Source of the DNA: an uncultured Alphaproteobacteria bacterium
Lineage (GTDB): Bacteria; Pseudomonadota; Alphaproteobacteria; Micavibrionales; SZUA-601
Length of the DNA stretch: 51,545 nucleotides
Assembly (NCBI GenBank): GCA_965651535.1
Contig: CBFGSX010000001.1
Location: 1-51,545, forward strand
Direction of reading: 5' to 3'
Part shown: positions 30,101-39,968 of the stretch, piece after piece
Position numbering within the stretch: position 1 is the stretch's first letter
How the letters are laid out: each line of letters starts with the position of its first letter
Notes under the pieces: model-generated
Database searches by the model: none
Seen by the model: only the letters and a program-made list of their open reading frames with translations
Told to the model about the DNA's origin: nothing
Made by a program: the position numbers and the translations under genes

Positions 30101-30466
30101 TTAAGCCGCTTTCTTGATCTGCGCGGCGGCGGCGTCGAAGACGGCCTTAAAGGCGGCTTCGTCATGCATGGCCAGATCGGCCAGGATTTTGCGATCCAGT
30201 TCGATGCCGGCTTTTTTGACGCCGCCCATGAATTGCGAATAGGTCAGGCCGTGCTCGCGGGCTGCGGCGTTGATGCGCATGATCCACAAGCTGCGGAAAT
30301 CGCCTTTCTTGGCGCGGCGGTCGCGATAGGCGTATTGCAGACCTTTTTCCGTGCGCTGGCGGGCAATGCGATAGCATTTGCTGTGGCGGTTGCGGTGACC
30401 CTTCGAGAGTTTCAGGATCTTTTTATGACGGGCGTGGGCGCGCGGGCCCCCTTTGGTGCGTGCCAT
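30101..30466 (-). CDS. rplT: 50S ribosomal protein L20
   Basis: [37 protein letters not shown] is canonical L20. Confidence 0.97.
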   Translation of the reverse strand: MARTKGGPRAHARHKKILKLSKGHRNRHSKCYRIARQRTEKGLQYAYRDRRAKKGDFRSLWIMRINAAAREHGLTYSQFMGGVKKAGIELDRKILADLAMHDEAAFKAVFDAAAAQIKKAA

Positions 30467-30469
30467 GGT

Positions 30470-30727
30470 TTAGGCCTCCACTTGTGCGGTGATTTGGGCG
30501 GCGGGCTTGGCCTTGCGGGCCTTGCGGCGCTTATAGGGCAGGAAGCAGGTCAGGATAACCTTGGCGTCCGACTCGTTGAGAATCGTGGTGCCGCGCGCCT
30601 GGCGCTTCATCTTGGTGGATTTGTTGCGCATCATGTGACGGGTAAAGGCGTTTTTGCTCTTTATCTTGCCGGTGGCCGTCACCTTAAAGCGCTTTTTGGC
30701 AGCGCTTTTGGTTTTCATCTTGGGCAT
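30470..30727 (-). CDS. rpmI: 50S ribosomal protein L35 (with a roughly 20-aa basic C-terminal extension)
   Basis: [26 protein letters not shown] 30727. The ORF-track N-terminal extension is not credible. Confidence 0.9.
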   Translation of the reverse strand: MPKMKTKSAAKKRFKVTATGKIKSKNAFTRHMMRNKSTKMKRQARGTTILNESDAKVILTCFLPYKRRKARKAKPAAQITAQVEA

Positions 30728-31006
30728 TTTCGTTCCTTTTTTCAATCGTTTAGCTGATCGAGGCATGCCCGCCCAACGCTTCTTGTATGGGGTGAGAATC
30801 ACCCCTCGCATTGGACTCGCCAGACCAGCGGAGGGCCGTTTTATAGCCATAAGCGACGGGAAAGGCAAGGGAAAAGAAGGGTATCCCGGGCTTGACCCGG
30901 GATCCTAGGGGAATCAGCCCCCAAGGACCCCGGCTCGGAGGCCGGGGTGACGGTTTGGGAGGCGGATTCAACCGGTTTTTAACCCCTTACCACATATTAT
31001 GCCAAT

Positions 31007-32443
31007 ATGTCCGCCAGAACAACCCTTTACGGCCTGTTTCTGTCTGCGGCCCTGTGGGCCTGCGGCAGCCGCGTGGCGCAAGACCCGTTGCGGCAAAAAG
31101 CCGATCTGGCGGATGTCGACCCGATTCATATGACCCTCAACGGCGAGGAATTCGAGCCCTCGGATTTCGACGGCAATATGCGCGCGCTCAACGACAAATA
31201 TCCCAAGACGTTCCATTACGTCACAAAACAGGACAGCCGTGGCCTTTATCGTGCGCAGAACAAATATCTGTTGCAGAGTTCGGCGCTTGAGAACACCGAC
31301 CGCACCAGCCCGTTTATTCTGCCCAACCAGTTCACGGTTGAAAACGTCAAGGAGATCGCCGCGATATTGATGCAGGACGAGGGATACGGCTTCAAGATGG
31401 AACAGGATCTGGATAGGATGACGCTTGAGATTCTCGCGGTGTTCGAGGGGGTAAGCTACAAGGCTTATACCGATTCCGAGGGCAAGCGCACCATTGGTCG
31501 CGGTATCCTGATGCCTAAACCGCGCGACCCCGATAAACAGGAGTTGATCGCCAAGATACGCTTTGCCGCCAACAATGCCGCTTACTTGGATGTTCATCGT
31601 GCCGAGGCTGCGCTCGACGAGGAAAAAGAACTTGCGTTGGCGATCGACTGGCTCAATGCGAAGGGCAATTACAAGGACGCGTTCGAAAAAGCCGTGCGCG
31701 CCGCCGTCGCATTCGAGGATGCGCCGCATCTGGCCGCCGAGGACGCGCGCGAAATGGACCTCAGGCATATCCCGCCGCGTTACCGCGCGCTGATGACGAC
31801 GATGGTCTGGCAGACTTATTCCCTGTTCAAACGCGATCCGACGGTGACCGCGCCGGCCTTGCGCGTGTTGGCGGACAAATACGCACAGGACGATGAAAAG
31901 CTGGCGGCCTTCGACGACATTAATTTCTTTTACATGGATCAGTGCCTGCTCAAGAATTCCGTCAAAGAACCATTCTCGGACAGTCGGATCAATCTATGCG
32001 TCCGGCCCAAGGTAATCGCTATAGCGGTACGTGTTGCACATGAGGACATCGCCGATGAGAACGAGTTGGACGAGGAGGCCAAGGAACCCTTGCCGCTGCG
32101 CTATCTCTATTCCGAGATGCAGGCGCATATCCGCGACCAGCGCAACGTCGCGCTGATGGTGCAAATGGGCAGCCTGCCCTGTTCGGCGGGTGAGTTCACG
32201 GTCAATCCCGATTGTCCGTGGAAGCCGGACGGCCGGAACCGCATCGTGATGGGCGCTACGGGCGCGGTCTATACGCAAAAGGATTATGACGGCGTGCCGC
32301 ATCTGGAGAAAAAACTGGCGCTGCGTTGGGATGAAGCGCTGAAACAGCCTGTGAAGGCTGAAAGTGACAGCGTCGTCGTCGCCATCGACGATGTGATGGG
32401 CATGAAAACCGCCGCTGTCCGGCAAAACAAGCCGAAGCCCTAG
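31007..32443 (+). CDS. lipoprotein with T4-lysozyme-like (GH24) catalytic motif
   Basis: Signal and lipobox LFLSAALWAC. EGVSYKAYTDSEGKRTIGRG (31445-31504) matches T4L [20 protein letters not shown], including Glu, Asp and Thr. The remaining 300 aa are unassigned. Confidence 0.6.
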   Translation: MSARTTLYGLFLSAALWACGSRVAQDPLRQKADLADVDPIHMTLNGEEFEPSDFDGNMRALNDKYPKTFHYVTKQDSRGLYRAQNKYLLQSSALENTDRTSPFILPNQFTVENVKEIAAILMQDEGYGFKMEQDLDRMTLEILAVFEGVSYKAYTDSEGKRTIGRGILMPKPRDPDKQELIAKIRFAANNAAYLDVHRAEAALDEEKELALAIDWLNAKGNYKDAFEKAVRAAVAFEDAPHLAAEDAREMDLRHIPPRYRALMTTMVWQTYSLFKRDPTVTAPALRVLADKYAQDDEKLAAFDDINFFYMDQCLLKNSVKEPFSDSRINLCVRPKVIAIAVRVAHEDIADENELDEEAKEPLPLRYLYSEMQAHIRDQRNVALMVQMGSLPCSAGEFTVNPDCPWKPDGRNRIVMGATGAVYTQKDYDGVPHLEKKLALRWDEALKQPVKAESDSVVVAIDDVMGMKTAAVRQNKPKP

Positions 32444-32450
32444 GTTTTAT

Positions 32451-32530
32451 CTGGATTCCCGCCTGCGCGGGAATGACAATAATTTTTAGTATTATCCTAT
32501 CCTGTCATTCCCGCGAAAGCGGGAATCCAG
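32451..32530. repeat. 80-bp REPIN (family P1 doublet), left of GIY-YIG paralog 2
   Basis: CTGGATTCCCGCCTGCGCGGGAATGAC, spacer, GTCATTCCCGCGAAAGCGGGAATCCAG. Ends 3 nt before the gene's stop codon. Confidence 0.85.
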
Positions 32531-32533
32531 AGC

Positions 32534-32827
32534 CTATCCGACAATGTCTTCGTATAAATCACGCCAGCCGGGGTTGTTGGCTTCGATCAGGTCGAGTTTC
32601 CAGCCGCGATTCCATTTCTTGAGATGTTTTTCGCGCTGAATGGCCGCCGCGATATCGTCGGCGACTTCGTAATGCACGAGTGTTTTGATGTTGTGCTTTT
32701 TGGTGAACCCTGCGACGAGGCTGTGTTTATGTTCGTAGATGCGCTTGACAAGATCGGAAGTGACACCGATATACAGCGTACCGTTGCGCTTGTTCGCAAG
32801 AATATAAACATAGCCGCGTTTTTCCAT
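32534..32827 (-). CDS. small GIY-YIG nuclease-family protein (UPF0213-like), paralog 2
   Basis: GYVYILANKRNGTLYIGVTSDLVKRIYEHK...REKHLKKWNRGWKLDLIE. 97 aa. Confidence 0.85.
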   Translation of the reverse strand: MEKRGYVYILANKRNGTLYIGVTSDLVKRIYEHKHSLVAGFTKKHNIKTLVHYEVADDIAAAIQREKHLKKWNRGWKLDLIEANNPGWRDLYEDIVG

Positions 32828-32840
32828 TATGGACTTTCAA

Positions 32841-32920
32841 CTGGATTCCCGCTTTCGCGGGAATGACGATAATAGGAAATATTATACCAACCTGTCATCC
32901 CCGTGGAAACGGGGATCCAG
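32841..32920. repeat. 80-bp REPIN (family P1 doublet), right of GIY-YIG paralog 2
   Basis: CTGGATTCCCGCTTTCGCGGGAATGAC, spacer, GTCATCCCCGTGGAAACGGGGATCCAG. Starts 13 nt after the gene's start codon. Same orientation and length as 32451-32530. Confidence 0.85.
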
Positions 32921-32925
32921 GGCAA

Positions 32926-35634
32926 TTATTCCGAAGCTTCGGTATCCGATGAGTCATCCTCGCGCAAGGTCGCGACCGAGACGACATGCTCGTCCTCGGC
33001 GACGCGGAATAACGTCACGCCTTGCGTGCTGCGTCCGGCGATGCGGATGTCCCGAATGCCGGTGCGGATGATCTGGCCCTGATCGGAAACCAGCATGATC
33101 TGTTCGGCTTCGGTGACCGGATAGGCTGCTACCATGTTGCCCGTCTTCTCGGTGACGGCCATGGCGGCAATGCCCTGTCCGCCGCGGCCGGCCTGACGGT
33201 ATTCATAGCACGAGGTGCGCTTACCGAAGCCGCGATCCGAAACGGTGAGGATGAATTGCTCCTCGGCGGAAAGCTGGTTGTAGAGTTTCTCGTCCAGCGT
33301 GGCGGCGGCTTCTTTGCAGAGTTCGGTGAACGAAACCGTCTGGCCTTCTTCATTCAGGCGGCGTGCGGTGGAGGCGAGCTTGAGATATACGTCGCGATCC
33401 TCGACCGAGGCCGCCGTGCCGGTGATGATCGACATGGACATGACTTCGTCCTTGTCGGCCAATGCGATGCCGCGCACGCCCGTCGAGCTGCGGCCTGCAA
33501 AAATGCGGATGTCGCTGACAGGGAAGCGGATGGCCTTGCCGAATTTGCTGACCAGCAGCACGTCCTCGCTGTCCGAGGCGGGTTTGACGGCGATGAGCTT
33601 TTCATTCTCGCCCAGCTTCATGGCGATCAATCCGTTGGAACGGATGTTCATGAAATCCTCAAGGCGGTTGCGGCGCACCGTGCCGTGCGAGGTGGCGAAC
33701 ATGATGTTGAGTTTTTCGACACCTTCGCCCTCGGGCATCGGCATGATGACACTGATTTTCTCGTCTTGCGCGACGGGCAGGAGGTTGATGATCGCCTTGC
33801 CGCGCGCTTGCGGGTTGCCCAAGGGCAGCTTGTAAACCTTGAGCGCGTGGACGATGCCCTTGGTCGTGAAACACAACAGCGTGGTGTGCGTGTTGGCGAC
33901 ATAGAGATCAATCACGGCGTCGTTGTCTTTGAGGTCGACGGCGGAGCGTCCCTTGCCGCCGCGTTTTTGCGCGCGATAGGTGGCGAGCGGCACGCGCTTG
34001 ACGTAGCCCGCCATGGAAATGGTGACGACCATGTCCTCGCGCGGGATGAGGTCTTCGATGTCGTCATCGGCCTCGATGTCGAGGATTTCCGTGCGGCGCG
34101 GCGTGGCGAAACGCGCGCGCGCATCCAGCAATTCCGTGCGCATCAGGTCGAGCATCGCCGGACGGTTGTTGAGCAGATAGAGAAAGCCCTCGATCGCCTT
34201 GACCACTTCAGTCAGCTCGTCGGAGATTTTGTCGCGCTCGAGCGCCGTCAAACGGTGCAGGCGCAAATCCAAAATGGCCTTGGCCTGAATTTCGGACAGG
34301 CGATAAGTGCCGGGCTTGGCGGCGTTGTCCTGCGCGCCCATGCGCGCCAGCAGAGGCTGGATGTCGGCGGCGTTCCAGTCGCGCGCCATCAATTGCTCGC
34401 GCGCGGCATTGGCGTCGGGCGCCTTGCGGATCAGCGCGATCACCTCGTCGATATTCGCCACGGCGACGGCCAAGCCGACCAAGACATGGCCGCGCTCGCG
34501 CGCCTTGAGCAGCTCGTATTTCGTACGGCGGACAAGGGTTTCCTCGCGGAACTCGATAAAGGCCGAGATAAACTCGCGCAGTTGCAATCTTTCGGGGCGG
34601 CCCTTGTGCAGCGCCAGCATATTCGCGCCAAACGACGTTTGCAGCGGCGTGAATTTATACAGCTGGTTCAGCACCACGTCGCCTTGCGCGTTTTTGTGCA
34701 GCTCGATGACGACGCGCACGCCCGACTGGTCGCTTTCGTCGCGGATATCGGTGACGCCTTCGATGATTTTCTCATTGACGCATTCGGCGATGCGCTCGAT
34801 CAGGCTGCGCTTGTTCACCTGATAGGGAATTTCGTGGATGATGATTGCCATCTTGTCCTTGCGAATTTCCTCAAAGGACGTTTTGCCGCGCATCCGGATC
34901 GAGCCGCGACCGGCGGAATACATGTTATAGGCGCCGCCGCGTCCCAGAATTTGACCGCCCGTCGGAAAATCGGGGCCGGGGACGATCGCCATCAAATCTT
35001 CGTTGCTGACGGCGGGATTGTCCAAATAGGCGCAACACGCGTCGATGACCTCGCCCAGATTATGCGGCGGAATGTTGGTCGCCATGCCGACGGCGATGCC
35101 GTTCGCGCCGTTGACCAGCAAATTCGGAAAGCGCGAAGGCAGAACCTTGGGTTCCCACTCGCTCTCGTCATAGTTGGGTTGGAAATCGACCGTATCCTTG
35201 TCGATGTCTTCGAGATTGATCTCGGCGGATTTCGCCAGGCGCGCTTCGGTGTAGCGCATCGCCGCCGCCGGATCGTCGTCCATCGAGCCGAAATTCCCCT
35301 GACCGTCGATCAGCGGCAGGCGCATGGAGAAATCCTGCGCCATGCGCACCATCGCGTCATAAATCGCGCTGTCGCCGTGCGGGTGGTATTTCCCCATGAC
35401 ATCGCCGACGATGCGCGCGGATTTTTTATACGGCTTGCCGCTGTCGTATCCGCCTTCTTTCATCGCGTAGAGAATGCGGCGGTGGACGGGCTTGAGACCG
35501 TCGCGCACATCCGGCAAAGCGCGGCTGACGATCACCGACATCGCATAGTCCAAGTAAGAACGCTGCATCTCGGCTTCGATCGAGATCAGCGAGGTGTTCG
35601 AGGGCGGTTGCGCGGCGGTGTTTTCGGTGGTCAT
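32926..35634 (-). CDS. gyrA: DNA gyrase subunit A
   Basis: [19 protein letters not shown], active-site [10 protein letters not shown], GyrA-box/beta-pinwheel C-terminal domain. 902 aa. Confidence 0.98.
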   Translation of the reverse strand: MTTENTAAQPPSNTSLISIEAEMQRSYLDYAMSVIVSRALPDVRDGLKPVHRRILYAMKEGGYDSGKPYKKSARIVGDVMGKYHPHGDSAIYDAMVRMAQDFSMRLPLIDGQGNFGSMDDDPAAAMRYTEARLAKSAEINLEDIDKDTVDFQPNYDESEWEPKVLPSRFPNLLVNGANGIAVGMATNIPPHNLGEVIDACCAYLDNPAVSNEDLMAIVPGPDFPTGGQILGRGGAYNMYSAGRGSIRMRGKTSFEEIRKDKMAIIIHEIPYQVNKRSLIERIAECVNEKIIEGVTDIRDESDQSGVRVVIELHKNAQGDVVLNQLYKFTPLQTSFGANMLALHKGRPERLQLREFISAFIEFREETLVRRTKYELLKARERGHVLVGLAVAVANIDEVIALIRKAPDANAAREQLMARDWNAADIQPLLARMGAQDNAAKPGTYRLSEIQAKAILDLRLHRLTALERDKISDELTEVVKAIEGFLYLLNNRPAMLDLMRTELLDARARFATPRRTEILDIEADDDIEDLIPREDMVVTISMAGYVKRVPLATYRAQKRGGKGRSAVDLKDNDAVIDLYVANTHTTLLCFTTKGIVHALKVYKLPLGNPQARGKAIINLLPVAQDEKISVIMPMPEGEGVEKLNIMFATSHGTVRRNRLEDFMNIRSNGLIAMKLGENEKLIAVKPASDSEDVLLVSKFGKAIRFPVSDIRIFAGRSSTGVRGIALADKDEVMSMSIITGTAASVEDRDVYLKLASTARRLNEEGQTVSFTELCKEAAATLDEKLYNQLSAEEQFILTVSDRGFGKRTSCYEYRQAGRGGQGIAAMAVTEKTGNMVAAYPVTEAEQIMLVSDQGQIIRTGIRDIRIAGRSTQGVTLFRVAEDEHVVSVATLREDDSSDTEASE

Positions 35635-35745
35635 AAAAGGGTCGATTCCAATGATGAAAAAATGCCCTTCACCCTAGCGAAAATGCGGCTCTCGGGCAAG
35701 GTTTTACGCCCTCTTTTCAGGGAGAAAACAAGGCCTATATAATTC

Positions 35746-35774
35746 TTGACTTGTGGGGGTGATTTTGTCATATT
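35746..35774 (+). promoter_or_regulatory. candidate sigma70-type promoter for ORF 35837
   Basis: TTGACT (35746-35751), 17-nt spacer, CATATT (35769-35774). AAGGAG RBS precedes the ATG at 35837. Confidence 0.35.
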
Positions 35775-35836
35775 AAACCATAAGTTGTCGAGTCGTTGCC
35801 GGATGGTGCAAGACGGGCATAAAGGAGCGTATTTTC

Positions 35837-36079
35837 ATGGAGCCACGGGATAATTCCCCCTTCGCGCGCGCGCTGGCGCAGGTCGCGGACTTCTCGGAAA
35901 AGGAGGTTGCCGTCCTGCCTGAAAATCCGGGCCGCGAGATGCTCCATTACGCTGCCTCGGTCACGGGCGAGGATGCGGACAAGCTTGCCCGCCTGTATCA
36001 GGTATTTATCTCATTGGCCAGGCTGGATAAATTCAATCAAGACCTGCCCTCGGCTGCTTCGGGCTTCGCCGAAGAATAG
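35837..36079 (+). CDS. hypothetical protein (80 aa)
   Basis: Strong RBS (AAAGGAG). Acidic helical protein. No domain recognised. Confidence 0.45.
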   Translation: MEPRDNSPFARALAQVADFSEKEVAVLPENPGREMLHYAASVTGEDADKLARLYQVFISLARLDKFNQDLPSAASGFAEE

Positions 36080-36177
36080 ATTGACATAAAATTACATTTT
36101 TGGTAGAAAGACCGGGCCGACGGGATTCGCTGTCGGGTTGCCCTTCTTTTATCCTGAACGAACGACGAGGAAACACC

Positions 36178-36864
36178 ATGCGCCACGCGATTTTTTCCGA
36201 CAAGCCGATTGAAACTCTGGTGCTGCATCCGGATGATGCCGCCTATCTGATCGGCAATTATTCTTTCCGCTGGCAGCGCGCACGCGAGCAAAAAGTCAAG
36301 AAAGTGATCGAAAACGGCAAAACCGCTTATCGGCAGGACGATAGCGGCACACATATTATCCAGACATTGCCCCTGCCGGTATCGCTGAAAGGGGTTCAGT
36401 ACACGGTCAGTAACGGGAAAGATCATGAGCCGAAGAATCCCGATGAATTCTATCCGGAGTTTTTCTCCAAAAATTTCGATCCGGCGCGCTCTTGCCTGAA
36501 CTATGTTGCGCCGATTCTGTCCTTTACCTTGGATGCGCGCGGCGTAAACGACGGTTTGTCGTTCTTTTGCAACGAGAACCTGCGCACGGCCCTGAACGAT
36601 TGCGTCCCGCAGGAAAAAGTCGAAATCAGCGAAAAAGCCGAGAGAATCCTGAGCCGAAGCGACGTTGTCTTGTCTTCCATGGTTTACGAGGATGTTGTCC
36701 AGCTGGGCCGGAACGTGATCGAAACGTTTCAGGAAAACCTGTCGCCGATCATGAGCGACTTCCTCGACGATATGCCCGAGGTTTCGCCCTATAACGAAGA
36801 AGGGGTTCGCCTTCTTTACGGCGATCCGAAAAAGAAAATCGTCGTCAAACCCCTAGCGCCGTGA
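36178..36864 (+). CDS. hypothetical protein (228 aa)
   Basis: ATG 36178 follows GAGGA. No domain recognised. The 3' end overlaps the holin-like gene convergently by 12 nt. Confidence 0.5.
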   Translation: MRHAIFSDKPIETLVLHPDDAAYLIGNYSFRWQRAREQKVKKVIENGKTAYRQDDSGTHIIQTLPLPVSLKGVQYTVSNGKDHEPKNPDEFYPEFFSKNFDPARSCLNYVAPILSFTLDARGVNDGLSFFCNENLRTALNDCVPQEKVEISEKAERILSRSDVVLSSMVYEDVVQLGRNVIETFQENLSPIMSDFLDDMPEVSPYNEEGVRLLYGDPKKKIVVKPLAP

Positions 36865-37341
36865 TTTCTCGCCGCTGCGGCGATAGACGTAAATCCCTAG
36901 CACCGACAACCCGACCGTCCAGATCGTGTCGAGCGATCCGATGGCGTTCAAAAGGACGGGTGCCTTTTCCGGATGGTCGAGGATGACGAAGGCGACGGCC
37001 AGCATCTGCGCCGCCCATGTCGCGGCGATGATGTAGCCAAAGGTTGGCCGCATGCGTCGCACATAAATATCCTCGGAGGCGATTTCGGCGCGTAAGGATT
37101 CGTTGATCTGCGCGATCAGCGTTTTGAATTCTTCGGAATCCGTCGCCGCCATTTTCTCGATATGGCGGTTGGCCTCCTTAAGGTCGTCGCCCGATAGCGC
37201 GCCGGTGGTGAGCGCGTCCTCGACTTTTTTCAGCGCGTCGGCGGCTGTTTTGGCGACGGGGTTTTGCACCTTGTCCAGCCCGTGCGTGACCGTAGCGATC
37301 AGCGCAGGCAATCCGACGCGGGCAAGTAAAGCAGGGAGCAT
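36853..37341 (-). CDS. putative holin (resembles the 3-TM GTA-type holin family)
   Basis: Soluble helical N-terminal half, then RMRPTFGYIIAATWAAQMLAVAFVIL and two further hydrophobic segments. Immediately downstream of the endolysin gene. Confidence 0.5.
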   Translation of the reverse strand: MLPALLARVGLPALIATVTHGLDKVQNPVAKTAADALKKVEDALTTGALSGDDLKEANRHIEKMAATDSEEFKTLIAQINESLRAEIASEDIYVRRMRPTFGYIIAATWAAQMLAVAFVILDHPEKAPVLLNAIGSLDTIWTVGLSVLGIYVYRRSGEKSRR

Positions 37342-37349
37342 TAAATCAC

Positions 37350-37412
37350 AATTCCCCGCGCAAGCGGGGATCCCGGCAATATGAGGCTGAGATTCCCGCT
37401 TTCGCGGGAAAG
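37350..37412. repeat. REP doublet (family P1) between the endolysin and holin genes
   Basis: TTCCCCGCGCAAGCGGGGATCC ... GATTCCCGCTTTCGCGGGAAAG. Confidence 0.75.
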
Positions 37413-37425
37413 TGTTTTTCTCATC

Positions 37426-37902
37426 TTATCTCTCCAATTTATAAAACACGTGCCCGCCGATTTCGGCGACGGGGACGCGATCAAGCGCCCATTTCGGCGA
37501 AACGTAATGCGCGTGATAGTGATCCGCGCCGTTGGTGTTATCGGCCAGATTTCCCTGCACGGCGCGGCGCGCGATGCGCAGGCAGGTGGCGAAATTCGGG
37601 TCGTCGCTGCCCACGGCGCGCAGCTTGAAATAATTGGGATCGTTTTCCAGCCAGCACGAGAATTGATATTTTTTCGTGCAGACCTCGACGATGGAATTGC
37701 CCCACCACATTTTGCCGCGCTTTTGCGCGAGGCGGACGCGGTTCATCACGACGGCGGCGACGGCCTCTTTGCCCGCAAGGCTTTCGCCGCGCGCTTCGCC
37801 CCAGAGGGTGCGCGCCAGAATGTCGGTCGCCTCGGCCTCGTCAAAAGTGACGGGCGGCGGCATTTTCGGCGTTTCGGGTTTCAGAATACGGCGGAAAAAC
37901 AT
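37426..37902 (-). CDS. cell-wall hydrolase, SleB/Hydrolase_2 type (endolysin)
   Basis: ILARTLWGEARGESLAGKEAVAAVVMNRV...QFSCW...HYHAHYVSPKWA is the SleB-type hydrolase signature. AAGGAG RBS. Confidence 0.85.
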   Translation of the reverse strand: MFFRRILKPETPKMPPPVTFDEAEATDILARTLWGEARGESLAGKEAVAAVVMNRVRLAQKRGKMWWGNSIVEVCTKKYQFSCWLENDPNYFKLRAVGSDDPNFATCLRIARRAVQGNLADNTNGADHYHAHYVSPKWALDRVPVAEIGGHVFYKLER

Positions 37903-37938
37903 GGTTTACTCCTTGGGTTTTGTAACACGTGTCGTTTT

Positions 37939-38036
37939 CCCCTCTCCCGTTCGCTTCGCTCACGACCTCTCCCGCAAGGGGAGAGGTGTTTCTTTGGCTC
38001 CCTCCCCCCTGGCGGGGGAGGGTTGGGGAGAGGGGG
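37939..38036. repeat. composite hairpin repeat (family S), copy 4
   Basis: CCCCTCTCCC...GACCTCTCCC-gcaa-GGGGAGAGGT...CTCCCTCCCCCC-tggc-GGGGGAGGG...GGGGAGAGGGGG. About 85% identical to 47434-47536. Confidence 0.8.
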
Positions 38037-38044
38037 TATATTCG

Positions 38045-38314
38045 TCATTCCTTGAGTTTGAAAGTCGTGTTGTCCAGCTTGGTTTCGATGCGCAATAAAT
38101 GTGCGATCAGGCGGGATTCAAGGTCTTTGACATGGTTGATCGAGGCGTAATTCTGCGCGACCTCGAGCTTGTAGGCGTTGAAGCGCTCGCGAAAATCGAT
38201 CAGCGCGCGCTCGACATCGCGGCGGAAGCGCGAAAACGCGACGAGGAACGCCGTGGCCAGCGGCACATCCACCGCCAGCACCCATGTCAAAACGGGATCA
38301 GAAAGAAAACTCAT
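38045..38314 (-). CDS. small phage membrane protein (89 aa; N-terminal TM plus coiled coil, spanin- or holin-like)
   Basis: Consensus RBS AAGGAGG before ATG 38314. TM segment VLTWVLAVDVPLATAFLVAF, then a heptad-rich tail. Overlaps the terL stop by 17 nt. Confidence 0.5.
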   Translation of the reverse strand: MSFLSDPVLTWVLAVDVPLATAFLVAFSRFRRDVERALIDFRERFNAYKLEVAQNYASINHVKDLESRLIAHLLRIETKLDNTTFKLKE

Positions 38315-39674
38315 CGTCGCCTCCTTGGAGGAAATGGGTGGTGTTGCCGCCCGCGCCGCCCAAAGACGGCCCGGCGAGAATCGCGGCGGCGGCAGCATCG
38401 AGCGCGTCGTCGGACGCGTTTTTGTCGTCGGGCCGCCAGTCGCGCATCTGCGCGGGCAAAATTCCGGCGCGCACCCGCGCATGGGCGTGAACGGCCCCGC
38501 TCGACAGCGGCGCTTCGAAGGCCGCCAGAATGCGCGACTGTTTCGATTGGCTGCTGTGATGCGGCTGCACGGCGCAGGTCACGTTTTCCTCGCGCAGCGT
38601 CTTGCGCAAAAGCCCCGGCAGAAACTGGCCCAGCCCGTTATTCTCGACAAGGATATGTTTGATGCCGTGTTCGCGGATAAAGGCCGCGACGTTGCGGCAT
38701 TGCGCCGTGGCGCTGTCCTCGCCGTCGGATTTCAGCGCAACCAGATCATGCAGATAGATGTTGCGCTGATTGTCGAACAGCACGAGGGCGACGATGCTGT
38801 TGTCGCCGTGTTCGTGGCCGAAAGCCGGATCCCAGGCGCAGCGCTGTGCCGCAACCGTGATGGGGTGCGTGTCGTCATAAGGCACAAGGCGCGCGGGATC
38901 GAGCCGGATGGCGTGCAGCGGCACGGGTTGGAGCAGCATCTGGCTGGCATAGATGCTGGCCGCGACGTTTTTTTGCAGATCGGAAATAATGCGTGGCGTG
39001 AAACGCTCGGGCCAGACATTCTCGCATAACGGAATGGCGAGGCGCGCATATTCGCCCAAGAATCCGTTTTTCTTATACAGGCTGTCTTCGGCGTGCGGCG
39101 TGCCGATGTATAAAATCAGCCCGCCGGGCGCAAGAATGAAATCCAGCTCGGAAAGCTTGTCGCGCAGCGCGCGGCGCTTGAAGGCGGTATCCGCCGTTTT
39201 CGGCACTTCGACATCGTCGCAGATGATCATGTCGGCACGGGAACCCGTGATGTTGCTGGCGATGCCCGCCGCGCGCAAGGAAGGGTCGCGGCTGACATTT
39301 TTGCGCCGCACGGTCAAACGGTCGCGCGCCCATTCGCGGGGTTTGTGCGGCATCAGGCAGCGCGCCAGAAGATGCGTCTCGAGAATATGCCGCACATGGC
39401 GCACCATGTTCTCGGCCAGATCCTCGTCGGCGGCGACGACCAGAATGCGCAGCTCGGGGTCGTGGCACAGCGCCCAGGCGCAATACAGCCCCGTCAAGGT
39501 CGATTTGCCGCTGCCGCGAAACGCCATCAGCAACAGGCGCTTGCGCGTCCGTCGGCTTTGGCGCGACAGCCACGACGCCATGCGCTTGTGCAGGCGCGGC
39601 GTCATTAGATTTTGCTGCGTGTTCCACACGCCGACAAAAAGCTCAAAGCTGATCTTCCGCCGCATCATCGTCAC
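38298..39674 (-). CDS. terminase large subunit
   Basis: Walker A FRGSGKST, Walker B MIICDDVE, nuclease-domain AWDPAFG...ALVLFD. 458 aa. Confidence 0.9.
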   Translation of the reverse strand: MTMMRRKISFELFVGVWNTQQNLMTPRLHKRMASWLSRQSRRTRKRLLLMAFRGSGKSTLTGLYCAWALCHDPELRILVVAADEDLAENMVRHVRHILETHLLARCLMPHKPREWARDRLTVRRKNVSRDPSLRAAGIASNITGSRADMIICDDVEVPKTADTAFKRRALRDKLSELDFILAPGGLILYIGTPHAEDSLYKKNGFLGEYARLAIPLCENVWPERFTPRIISDLQKNVAASIYASQMLLQPVPLHAIRLDPARLVPYDDTHPITVAAQRCAWDPAFGHEHGDNSIVALVLFDNQRNIYLHDLVALKSDGEDSATAQCRNVAAFIREHGIKHILVENNGLGQFLPGLLRKTLREENVTCAVQPHHSSQSKQSRILAAFEAPLSSGAVHAHARVRAGILPAQMRDWRPDDKNASDDALDAAAAAILAGPSLGGAGGNTTHFLQGGDDEFSF

Positions 39675-39960
39675 CCTCGTTGTGGTTTCCGGCCAGCGCG
39701 CGGCGGGCCGTGCGCATGGCGTCGTCGTAATCGGCCGGTTGTTCGGCCTTGTCCGTTTTCAGCGCCGCCGCCAGCTTGTAAAGCGACAAAAGATGCGCGA
39801 CGCCCGCGCGCGCAGCTTTGTGATGGCGGTCGAAATCCTTGGCGTCCATCGGCGAATCCTGGAGCGCAAAGAGGCCGTAATCCTCGACCACGCGGCGGAT
39901 AACGTCCGGCAGGTTTTCGCGAAGCTGTTCTTCAAGTAAATCGCAAGGCTCATGGGTCAT
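39643..39960 (-). CDS. hypothetical phage protein in the small-terminase position (105 aa)
   Basis: ATG 39960 follows AGGAAAAGGA. Immediately upstream of terL and overlapping it. Function inferred from position only. Confidence 0.4.
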   Translation of the reverse strand: MTHEPCDLLEEQLRENLPDVIRRVVEDYGLFALQDSPMDAKDFDRHHKAARAGVAHLLSLYKLAAALKTDKAEQPADYDDAMRTARRALAGNHNEGDDDAAEDQL

Positions 39961-39968
39961 TCCTTTTC

